Source: a virus | IMG/VR virus record: IMGVR_UViG_3300045988_133377 | Location: 40,961-72,960 of that record | Reading direction: 5' to 3' (one strand) | Length of the DNA stretch: 32,000 bases | Part shown: positions 7,788 to 15,844 of the stretch, in pieces | Layout: the number at the start of each line of letters is the position of its first letter | Numbering within the stretch: the first letter of the stretch is position 1 | Notes under the pieces: generated by a model | Told to the model about the DNA's origin: nothing | Database searches by the model: none | Seen by the model: the letters and a program-made list of their open reading frames with translations, nothing else | Position numbers and translations under genes: made by a program

Positions 7788-10046
7788 ATGGGGAAAGTAG
7801 AAAAAATAAGTCTGAATGAAAAACAGATGGAATTAGTTACATATTATTCTGAAAATGATATGGCGAGATTAAAACGGATTTGTAATCCAATCATTAATAT
7901 GAAGAACGTAGATCAGAAGGATTATGATGACTTGTACAGTGATGCACTGAAAGTTCTTTTGGAAAGTGTTCAGACATTTGATGAAACAGCAGATTGTTCC
8001 TTTAATACATTTCTTACAGGAAATATTAAACGGTCATTCTATGATTGGAGCCGTGATCAGCTGACTTGGAAGCGGTGCAACCTGGAATATGAAACAGATG
8101 AAAATGGAGAGATTAAAAAAGATAAGAATGGAAAACCAATAAAAAAGAAAGTCTATGATGTTTCTATGGATGTTCCATTGGAAGATGGATCTGATTTAAG
8201 AGAAAAAATCCCGTCCAATTTCAGTGTAGAGACAGAACTTGGATTAAATGGAGATGATTCTGTAGAAAAGGTAAATATACTTCTTGATAGTATGCCACGG
8301 TTACAGAAGCGAATTACTATTTTGAAAATGAGGAAAGTTCCTGTAGAAAAAATTAAGAAGATCTTAGATATATCGCAAAGCGATTATGAAAACGCAGTAG
8401 AGCGGATTAAGAGAAATGAAAATATGGAAATGTTTTTAAAAGACACGAAATATAATATGGAGGAATATGATATGAAAGACAGAGTAATTGCTATTAGCGA
8501 ATCCGAAGATTACAGAATGGACAAATTACCAATGTTCACATTATTGCAGCAGAAAAAAGATGGTGACATTAACTGTAAATACATTTTACAGAGAAAACCA
8601 TTTCAGTGGTCAGAAGAAGAAGCGAATCGTTATTTCTGTAGAATATTAAGTTCTCTTCCTGTTCCTGAAATCGTTTTATGTGAGCAAAAAGTAAAGGAAT
8701 TGATTATTGCATATTTAATTGATGGTTTACAGCGTTTATCTTATGCGGAGGCATTTAGAAATAATCGTATTAAAATTGGAAGTGTAGGTGCAGAAAGACA
8801 CTTAATTGAATATAGAGAATATTCTTTAGACGAAAACGGAAATCGAATTTTAGATGACAACGGATTTCCAACCTACGAATTAAAAATATGTGATGTTATT
8901 GGAAAATACTACAAAGATCTTCCTGATGAATTAAAAAAGAGATTTGATGTATTTAATTTCAATGTGACTAAGTTTTTTAATTGCACGGATCAGCAAATTG
9001 CGGATCACCTTCGCGACTACAACAACCACTCATCTATGAACAAGGAGCAGTTGGGACTGACCAAGATTACTACCGTAACAGCTGGGAAAATTAAGAAAAT
9101 CTCTGAGAAGAATATGTTTTTCAAAAATTGCTGTAAAATCACTACAACTAATGAGACTAAAGGTAAACTGGAACGTGTAGTTGCCGAAGCAATTATGCTT
9201 TTGTTCCATAAGGACGATTGGAAAGCTAAATTGGAAAATGCCTATAAGTATGTAGATGAGAATGCTACAGACGAAGAGTTTGAACAGCTCAATTCTGATT
9301 TAAACCGTTTGGAATTAGCAATTGGAGAAAATAATAAGGAAGTTACCAAGTTATTTACTCCAGCTGCCATTCCTATGTGGGTGGCGGTATTCAATGAATT
9401 TACAAAGTATAACATTGAAGATAGCAGATTTGTAGACTTCCTTAATGCATATGCAACTGATTTAAAAGACCGTACTGTAGATGGTGTTAGCATGAAAACT
9501 TTTAAATCAGAACAGAGTAAAAAGAGAACTACCATCATGGGAAAAATCAATCTATTGGTTACTCTTATGAAGGATTATTTACATATTGAAGAAGTAGAAG
9601 AAACAGAAAATACATATGAAGAAGTAACTAATGAAGAAGTAACTGAAAACGAGAATAATACAGTAAAAGAGACAACAGAAAATAATGTTACTACAGAAGA
9701 AACAGAATCAGTAGTAACTGAATCACAGTCAGAAGAAGATCATGAGTTACAGTTCGTAAAAGAGGTAGCTGATCCAAATGTAGAACAGGAAGACATTGAA
9801 CTGTATAAGGATTTTATTGACGACTATCTTAAGTTAGACTCCTGTGTATACAAAGTTGGTATGCCGGTATTGTTAGCACTTATGGCATATGCTTGTAATG
9901 CAGAGAAAGACGAAGAGTTTAGTGAATGGCTCAATGAAATGGAAAAACAGCATAGAATTTTCACAGGTTCAGAGAAAGATAATTATGAGAAGTTGAAAGC
10001 AGAATTTCTTACTTTCTTAGATTCTCATGGTAATAAAGCAGCATAA
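7788..10046 (+). CDS. Sigma-70-like N-terminal domain fused to a DUF262/ParB-like domain (752 aa)
   Basis: YDDLYSDALKVLLESVQTFDETADCSFNTFLTGNIKRSFYDWSRD resembles sigma region 2. ILQRKPFQWSEEEANRYFCRILSSLPVPEIVL...LIDGLQRLSYAEAFRN matches DUF262. A Glu/Thr-rich linker follows near the C-terminus. Confidence 0.7.
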   Translation: MGKVEKISLNEKQMELVTYYSENDMARLKRICNPIINMKNVDQKDYDDLYSDALKVLLESVQTFDETADCSFNTFLTGNIKRSFYDWSRDQLTWKRCNLEYETDENGEIKKDKNGKPIKKKVYDVSMDVPLEDGSDLREKIPSNFSVETELGLNGDDSVEKVNILLDSMPRLQKRITILKMRKVPVEKIKKILDISQSDYENAVERIKRNENMEMFLKDTKYNMEEYDMKDRVIAISESEDYRMDKLPMFTLLQQKKDGDINCKYILQRKPFQWSEEEANRYFCRILSSLPVPEIVLCEQKVKELIIAYLIDGLQRLSYAEAFRNNRIKIGSVGAERHLIEYREYSLDENGNRILDDNGFPTYELKICDVIGKYYKDLPDELKKRFDVFNFNVTKFFNCTDQQIADHLRDYNNHSSMNKEQLGLTKITTVTAGKIKKISEKNMFFKNCCKITTTNETKGKLERVVAEAIMLLFHKDDWKAKLENAYKYVDENATDEEFEQLNSDLNRLELAIGENNKEVTKLFTPAAIPMWVAVFNEFTKYNIEDSRFVDFLNAYATDLKDRTVDGVSMKTFKSEQSKKRTTIMGKINLLVTLMKDYLHIEEVEETENTYEEVTNEEVTENENNTVKETTENNVTTEETESVVTESQSEEDHELQFVKEVADPNVEQEDIELYKDFIDDYLKLDSCVYKVGMPVLLALMAYACNAEKDEEFSEWLNEMEKQHRIFTGSEKDNYEKLKAEFLTFLDSHGNKAA

Positions 10047-10073
10047 AAAATACATAGAAAGAGGTAAAAGAAA

Positions 10074-10463
10074 ATGGCAAAATTAACAGGTTATTATGAA
10101 GTGGCAGAAACAATTCAGAGTGGTGGTAGATATTATTACGCAATCTACGAGGATTATGTTTGTTATCAGGTAGGAGATAAGATTTTAGTTTCAGGAGCAT
10201 GTCACAATATCTTGGAAATTACTTCTATTCTTACGCCAGAAGAAATTGAAGGAAAAGTAAATATCACAGCTGAAGTCATCTGTAAAGTTGACACAAAGGC
10301 ATATGAAAAACGTGTTGAAGAACGTAGAAGAAAGATGAAACTTAAGAAAGAATTGGATAAAAGATTAAAAGAAATCGTTAACGAAGGGAAATATGAATGG
10401 GCAGCTGAGAAAGATCCTGAGTTTGCTAAGATGCTGGAAGAATATAAAAAGATTGGAGAGTGA
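10074..10463 (+). CDS. hypothetical protein
   Basis: ORF overlapping the following ORF; Lys/Glu-rich C-terminus. Confidence 0.5.
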   Translation: MAKLTGYYEVAETIQSGGRYYYAIYEDYVCYQVGDKILVSGACHNILEITSILTPEEIEGKVNITAEVICKVDTKAYEKRVEERRRKMKLKKELDKRLKEIVNEGKYEWAAEKDPEFAKMLEEYKKIGE

Positions 10464-11056
10464 TACATATGGAACACGTAAATAACATTATGAGTAAAGC
10501 AGATATGGAAAGATTAAAATTAGATAATTATCAGCCTATTACAGTTACTGCAGGTGATCCAATTACAATTCATGCAGCCGGTGGAATTTCTGTTGAAAAG
10601 TTTGCGGAAAATATAAAGGGTTCTCTTGCTTTATCTATTAAAAAAGAATCTAATGTAAAAATAAAAATCAAAGATGTAAACATCATTGTAGAGAATAAAG
10701 TTGTAGAAGTAACTTTTTCCGATGGAGATAAGCAGAAATCGGTTTGTAGAGAGCCAGATGTGTTCAGTTTAGAGATGGCAATTTCTATTTGTATCACAAA
10801 ACATGTACTTGGTGGAAGCAATTTATATAATAAGGCAGTTCGCAATGGTCTTAAGTGTTATGAAAATAAGTTAAAGAAAGCAGAAGCCGAAGAAAAAGAG
10901 AAAGAAAGAATTGAAAAACGCAAGGCGAAGTTAGCTGCTTATAAGAAGCGTAGAGCTGAGAAACGAAAAGAAGAACAGATCGAAACTCAGAAAGAAGCAT
11001 ATCTGAGAGCGCTGCGTGATTTTAACAAAGAGCTTTCTGAAGCGAGTTGTAAGTAA
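10460..11056 (+). CDS. hypothetical protein with charged coiled-coil C-terminus
   Basis: ORF MIHMEHVNNIMSKADMERLKLDNY...; the ATG at 10469 is an alternative start. Confidence 0.5.
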   Translation: MIHMEHVNNIMSKADMERLKLDNYQPITVTAGDPITIHAAGGISVEKFAENIKGSLALSIKKESNVKIKIKDVNIIVENKVVEVTFSDGDKQKSVCREPDVFSLEMAISICITKHVLGGSNLYNKAVRNGLKCYENKLKKAEAEEKEKERIEKRKAKLAAYKKRRAEKRKEEQIETQKEAYLRALRDFNKELSEASCK

Positions 11057-11130
11057 TACATATGGGCGGTAGAAATGCCGCCTTATTAGAAAAAATGCAT
11101 AAGATAGGAGAAAAATAATATGGTAACAGA

Positions 11131-11232
11131 TCTTTAGAGGTAAGTAATTTCAGAGGGTTACAAAACTAGTAGTGCTGATTCCTGTTACCTTAGAAAGTTT
11201 TAGAGGTAAGTAATTTCAGAGGGTTACAAAAC
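11131..11232 (+). CRISPR. Minimal CRISPR-like array: repeat (11131-11166), 30-nt spacer (11167-11196), repeat (11197-11232)
   Basis: R2 = GTTTTAGAGGTAAGTAATTTCAGAGGGTTACAAAAC (36 nt); R1 differs only at the first two bases (TC for GT). Spacer = TAGTAGTGCTGATTCCTGTTACCTTAGAAA. Lengths and GTTTTAGAG/AAAAC ends are type II-like. Confidence 0.8.
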
Positions 11233-11463
11233 CTCAAAGTAATCTTCTGAAATTATAAGTGTGAATTAAAAATAGACTTAGGTTACTACGTTATAAAAAG
11301 ATAATATATCATTATGTCGCTCTAGTAATGACTATATCATTGATATTTAAACATGCATTACACTGAAGATACCAAATGCAAGTGATATCAATATTATAAA
11401 CTTTTTATAACATTGTCAAAGAGTATTACCGGCTATATGCCGAGATTATTTTAAGGATAATAT
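11233..11463 (+). ncRNA. omegaRNA/tracrRNA-like scaffold upstream of iscB (boundaries uncertain)
   Basis: Anti-repeat GTAATCTTCTGAAATTA (11239-11255) pairs over 17 bp with R2 11211-11227, and TAAAA (11267-11271) pairs with TTTTA (11198-11202). Further potential hairpins lie downstream. Confidence 0.7.
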
Positions 11464-13026
11464 ATGAATTATTTAGATTTTGTACTTATTGTAGATAAGA
11501 ATAAAGTTCCTTGTATTCCAATTAAAGAGAGTACGGCAGCATATTTATTAAGACATAATAAAGCTAAGATTATAAATCATGATCCAACAGTAATACAAAG
11601 ATTTGATGAGTATTCGGCAGATTATGAAATAAGAAATATATTTGAATTAAAAATAGATAGTGGTTATCTAAATATAGGTTTTTCTGTAAGTGATAGCGAG
11701 CATGAATATCTGGCAGGACAGGTCAATCTGTTACAAGGAATGAGTGAAAGGCTCACTGTTAGGGCCTCGAATCGCAGATTTAAACGAGCTAGATTGAGAT
11801 ATCGAAAAAATAAGAATGTAGATTATAAAATAGTTCATAATCCTACGTATAAAAATGGAAATCAAGATGGATGGATTGCTCCATCTATACAACATAAAAT
11901 AGATTCACATATTCGGTTAATAAAGAAAATTGCTCAATGGGTTCCAATAGATAGGATAATTATTGAAGTAGCGAAATTTGATATTCAGAAAATGATCGCA
12001 GATTTGGATGGAAGAATAATTTCTGGAAAAGATTATCAAAATGGAGAAATGAAAGGGTATGAAAATGTTACCGCATATGTAAGGGATAGAGATAAATATA
12101 CATGTCAAATGTGTTTATCGAGTGGAAAAGTAAAGAATAAAAACAACGATACTATAGAAGTACATCATATTATTCCAAGAGCTGCTGGCGGCACAAATCG
12201 TCCGAGTAATCTTATTTGTCTTTGTCATCATCACCATCGTCTGGTTCATTCCAATAACAATAATAATAAATATTTTAAGGAATTGCAAAATAAGAAGATG
12301 CCTGATACCTATAAGGATTCTACTTTTATGAATATTGTCAGATATAAAATCTACAATGCATTATGTGCGGATTTTAAAGATGTAGAACTTGCTTATGGTT
12401 ATGAGACAAAAATTAATCGTAGACTTATAGGTTTGCCAAAGTTCCATTACACCGATGCGGTATGTCTAAAAGAATGGAAAAATATCTCATTAACAAAATT
12501 CATTTATATAGTAGATCAGAAAAGATGTAATGATAGAAAAATGGAAAGCTTTTTTGATGCGAAATATATAGACATACGAGATGGGAAAACTAAATCAGGA
12601 ACAGAATTATGTTATACAAGATTGGATAATGCATCGTCTTGGAGGACAACATGTAAAAATGAAGTAGATAATCTCAGGCAATATAGAGAAAAGAAGATAA
12701 CAAAAGGAAGGAAACAAAGAGAATGTCATTTTTATTGTTTAAAACCTGGTGATTTAATTTTTATAAATTTAGGAAATCATAAAGGTAATTTGGCAGAAGT
12801 CAAAACAATGCAAATTCAAAAAGGTAAGTATAAAATATTTTTTATATATAAAAATCAAAAAGTAGATAATCCAACCATTTCATTAAGTCCAGAAGAGTAT
12901 GAACAGCTTAAGAAAAATGAATGTTCTAAAGTGAAGATTGTGCGTACAAGACGAGGTATGATTTGGAGAAAATATAATAGGTTGGAATACGAGAATACAT
13001 ATAAAGATCAATATGATAAAAATTAA
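11464..13026 (+). CDS. iscB: IscB-family RNA-guided HNH/RuvC endonuclease (520 aa)
   Basis: PLMP-like N-terminus VLIVDKNKVPCIPIKESTAAYLLRHNKAKIINHDPTVIQ; RuvC-I LKIDSGYLNIGFSV (D65); Arg-rich bridge helix; RuvC-II IIIEVAKFD (E168); HNH CQMC...VHHIIPRAAGGTNRPSNLICLCHHHH; RuvC-III PKFHYTDAV (H328/D331). RBS AAGGA 6 nt before ATG. Confidence 0.92.
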   Translation: MNYLDFVLIVDKNKVPCIPIKESTAAYLLRHNKAKIINHDPTVIQRFDEYSADYEIRNIFELKIDSGYLNIGFSVSDSEHEYLAGQVNLLQGMSERLTVRASNRRFKRARLRYRKNKNVDYKIVHNPTYKNGNQDGWIAPSIQHKIDSHIRLIKKIAQWVPIDRIIIEVAKFDIQKMIADLDGRIISGKDYQNGEMKGYENVTAYVRDRDKYTCQMCLSSGKVKNKNNDTIEVHHIIPRAAGGTNRPSNLICLCHHHHRLVHSNNNNNKYFKELQNKKMPDTYKDSTFMNIVRYKIYNALCADFKDVELAYGYETKINRRLIGLPKFHYTDAVCLKEWKNISLTKFIYIVDQKRCNDRKMESFFDAKYIDIRDGKTKSGTELCYTRLDNASSWRTTCKNEVDNLRQYREKKITKGRKQRECHFYCLKPGDLIFINLGNHKGNLAEVKTMQIQKGKYKIFFIYKNQKVDNPTISLSPEEYEQLKKNECSKVKIVRTRRGMIWRKYNRLEYENTYKDQYDKN

Positions 13027-13063
13027 AATACATAATGAAATCGAAATTTAGAAGGGAGAATAC

Positions 13064-13201
13064 ATGAGTAGAACATTTAAGACTTGGCGTGATCCGTATG
13101 ATGAAGGATTTTCTACATGTCGCAAGAAAGAAATTGAGATCAAACCAGGAGTGACGGTATTAGTTGGATGCAATGTTCCAAGATACATACTGAAAGTATA
13201 A
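13064..13201 (+). pseudogene. Truncated P-loop ATPase N-terminus
   Basis: MSRTFKTWRDPYDEGFSTCRKKEIEIKPGVTVLVGCN|VPRYILKV*; the sequence leads into a Walker A (GCNGxGKT expected) and then breaks off. GGGAG RBS upstream. Confidence 0.6.
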
Positions 13202-13284
13202 TCCACTACTTAGAGGATTATATGTACTGTACTAGAAAGCTGGGGCTTTATGTGCAGTTAGTAGCATAAATTATATAGGGGTTA

Positions 13285-13313
13285 TCTAAATATATTTACC
13301 TCCTGTGATTAAG
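13285..13313 (+). promoter_or_regulatory. Phage bipartite motif copy A
   Basis: TCTAAA (13285-13290), 14 nt, GTGATTAAG (13305-13313), then SD and ATG at 13349. Confidence 0.7.
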
Positions 13314-13340
13314 TTATATAAAGACTAAATCACAGGAGGT
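13298..13340. repeat. 13-bp perfect inverted repeat including the Shine-Dalgarno sequence
   Basis: ACCTCCTGTGATT (13298-13310) and AATCACAGGAGGT (13328-13340). Confidence 0.9.
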
Positions 13341-13348
13341 TTATTTTT

Positions 13349-15028
13349 ATGATAACAGTAGAAAAACTGGAAAAAGGTACTTATTTTGATGATGCTTTTA
13401 AAATCTCATTTAGATACGATCCCACTACTGTAGCTAAGATAAAAGAGCTGGCAGAGCGGAGATACTTACCAGAAGATAGAGCGTGGGAGATCCCAGCACA
13501 TGAGCTACCAGCTCTCATAGAGAAAGTAGGGCTTAGCAATATCAAAAGTGAGGAGGCTGTAGTACAAGCCCTCAATACTAAGGAGATCGAGGATAAAAGA
13601 GAGGCTACACAGGAGAGGCTAAAGGGTATTAAGCCTGTAAGAGATTTTGATTTTAAAACAGCTCCCCTCCCTCATCAGATCGAGGCTTTTAATTATGGCA
13701 TGGAGAAAAACTCTTTACTTATCGGAGATGAGCAGGGCTTAGGCAAGACAAAGGAGAGTATTGATATTTGTGTAGCCAGAAAGAAAGAGCTAATTAAAAC
13801 CCTTATTGTATGCGGAGTAAACTCTGTAAAATATAACTGGGAGAAAGAGATCCAGATCCACTCTAACGAGGGCTGTGTAATGGTAGACGGTAAGACAATG
13901 GATGTTAGAGTACAACAGCTAAATGACTGGTACAGAGGCTCCTCTTATTTTGGGGTTATCAATATTGAGAGCCTCAGAAATGAGAAAATACAAGATGCTC
14001 TCTATCTGGGGATTAAGGATGGATATATAGGGGCTATTATTGTGGATGAGATCCATAAGGCTAAAAACGGATACTCTCAACAGGGAAAAGCTCTTAGATT
14101 TTTGAAAGCTCCAGTTAAGATAGGATTATCTGGTACTCCGATGAATAAAGCGGAGGATCTGTGGAATATCCTTACATGGCTGGGAGTAGAGAGGAGATCC
14201 TTTTATAGTTTTAGAAATGCCTATTGTACTATGGGAGGTTTCGGAGGCTATAAAGTAATCGGATATAAAAACTTAGATAGCCTCAATGCTGAGTTAAATA
14301 CTGTAATGCTTAGAAGAAAGAAAGAGGAGGTACTAGATCTCCCTCCTAAGCTGTACAGTACTGAGTATGTAGAACTTACCACAGCCCAGAAAAAACAGTA
14401 CAGGGATATTAAAAATGGCATTGTAGCTGATATGGAGAATATCTTAGCCTCTGTTAATCCGCTTAACTGTACTCTCCGCCTCAGACAGCTTACCAGTGGT
14501 AATCCTAACTTAACAGATGATAGCCCTAAGCTGGATCGTATTAAGGAGATGCTGGAGGAGGAGATTATCCCTAATGGTCACAAAGCTATTATATTTTCTC
14601 AGTGGAGCATGATAGCTAAGGATCTGGGGATAGAGCTTAGTGAATATGATCCGATTGTAATTACAGGAGAGGTACCTCCAGAGCAGAGGCAGAGATTAGT
14701 AGACAATTTCCAGACTAACCCACACTGTAAAGTAGCTATAGGAACTATCGGAGCTATGGGTACTGGATTAACTCTAAATAAAGCCTCTTATGTATTCTTT
14801 ATGGATAAAGCATGGAATAGCGGAGATAATGCACAGGCTGAGGATAGAGCCCACAGAATAGGTACCGTAGGGGCTGTAAATGTAATCTCTATGGTGGCTA
14901 AGGGTACCATAGATGAGGCGGTAGAGGATTACCTGTTAGAAAATAAAGATCTCATTGATCGAGTAGTAGACGGTAAAGGATCTAAGCAGGATATTAAAAC
15001 CATCCTTAACAAATTACTTAGCATTTAA
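13349..15028 (+). CDS. SNF2/DEAD-like superfamily 2 helicase
   Basis: GDEQGLGKTKESID (motif I), VDEIHKAKN (motif II), GLSGTPMNKAEDLWNILTWL (motif III), C-terminal GTIGAMGTGLTLNKA...AEDRAHRIG (motifs V/VI). Confidence 0.93.
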   Translation: MITVEKLEKGTYFDDAFKISFRYDPTTVAKIKELAERRYLPEDRAWEIPAHELPALIEKVGLSNIKSEEAVVQALNTKEIEDKREATQERLKGIKPVRDFDFKTAPLPHQIEAFNYGMEKNSLLIGDEQGLGKTKESIDICVARKKELIKTLIVCGVNSVKYNWEKEIQIHSNEGCVMVDGKTMDVRVQQLNDWYRGSSYFGVINIESLRNEKIQDALYLGIKDGYIGAIIVDEIHKAKNGYSQQGKALRFLKAPVKIGLSGTPMNKAEDLWNILTWLGVERRSFYSFRNAYCTMGGFGGYKVIGYKNLDSLNAELNTVMLRRKKEEVLDLPPKLYSTEYVELTTAQKKQYRDIKNGIVADMENILASVNPLNCTLRLRQLTSGNPNLTDDSPKLDRIKEMLEEEIIPNGHKAIIFSQWSMIAKDLGIELSEYDPIVITGEVPPEQRQRLVDNFQTNPHCKVAIGTIGAMGTGLTLNKASYVFFMDKAWNSGDNAQAEDRAHRIGTVGAVNVISMVAKGTIDEAVEDYLLENKDLIDRVVDGKGSKQDIKTILNKLLSI

Positions 15029-15068
15029 TATACAGGTGTGGTATAATAACTCAAAATGGAGGTACATA

Positions 15069-15296
15069 ATGAGAGCGATAACAATAGATGCAGATACAGG
15101 AAAAAGAGTATACACAAGGAAAGAGGTAGCGGATCTTGTAGGAGCCTCTACTCAATCTATCCGCCTCTGGGAAGATGCTGGAGCTATTCCAGCAAGCGTA
15201 AGAGATGAGGGAGGCTATAGATACTGGTATGAGGAGGATCTGGAGGCTATAAAGGCTTATGCCTCATTACCGAGAAAAGCAAAACTTAAAAAGTAA
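15069..15296 (+). CDS. MerR-family-like HTH protein
   Basis: YTRKEVADLVGASTQSIRLWEDAGAIPASVRDEGGYRYWYEEDLEAIKAY; start corrected to the ATG after GGAGG. Confidence 0.8.
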   Translation: MRAITIDADTGKRVYTRKEVADLVGASTQSIRLWEDAGAIPASVRDEGGYRYWYEEDLEAIKAYASLPRKAKLKK

Positions 15297-15307
15297 CCCT
15301 AAATGTG

Positions 15308-15336
15308 AGGAGAGTGTAAAAGCTCTCCTTTTTTTT
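15308..15336 (+). terminator. Rho-independent terminator
   Basis: AGGAGAG-TGTAAAAG-CTCTCCT followed by T8. Confidence 0.9.
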
Positions 15337-15356
15337 GTCCTTAATTTTGAGGGCTA

Positions 15357-15385
15357 TCTAAAAAATTACCGTTTGTGTGATTAGG
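15357..15385 (+). promoter_or_regulatory. Phage bipartite motif copy B
   Basis: TCTAAA (15357-15362), 14 nt, GTGATTAGG (15377-15385); ATG at 15417. Confidence 0.75.
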
Positions 15386-15416
15386 TTAAGTATCAAAAGA
15401 AAAGGAGGTAAGCAGG

Positions 15417-15725
15417 ATGCTTAAAATCAGTTTTACAAATGCTGAGGTATCGGATCACGGATACGGTTTAGAGGTAAATGGTAAATCCTTAGAGGATATT
15501 ATTTCTACCGCCTTAGGAACTAAACTTAAGGGTAATGGTGGTTATGGATCTGGATTACCTAGCTTTAATTCTAATAGCTGTGATGTTACGGTTATTATCA
15601 ATCCACATAATAGTATATGCGAGATTGAAACAGAGGATGAAGTATGGCACAGCGTAGCAGAAATGGAGGCAGAAAAGAGTGAGCAGTTTCAAAAGGAAAA
15701 TGCAGAGGCAGATCCAAAAGAATAA
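15417..15725 (+). CDS. hypothetical phage protein
   Basis: ORF with GGAGG upstream. Confidence 0.6.
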   Translation: MLKISFTNAEVSDHGYGLEVNGKSLEDIISTALGTKLKGNGGYGSGLPSFNSNSCDVTVIINPHNSICEIETEDEVWHSVAEMEAEKSEQFQKENAEADPKE

Positions 15726-15844
15726 CGGTACCCTCCTCCACAAAAAGGTAGTAGCTAGAAAGATGGGCTGTAAATCCGTGGAGGAGTATAACCGTAGAAT
15801 GGCACGCAGAGAAAAAAATTTAAAAGAGATGGAGGATAACAAAG

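Noticed and set aside
11064-11083. Strong terminator upstream of the array
   Set aside because: GGGCGG-TAGAAATG-CCGCCT forms a short hairpin but has only a weak T tail; it may be a terminator but the evidence is insufficient.
11131-11232. A full adaptive CRISPR system
   Set aside because: Only two repeats and one spacer, no adaptation genes in the window; described as CRISPR-like only.
11464-13026. Calling the nuclease a Cas9
   Set aside because: 520 aa, no recognition-lobe-size insertion between bridge helix and RuvC-II, N-terminal PLMP-like domain present, and no cas1/cas2 nearby; IscB is the better assignment.
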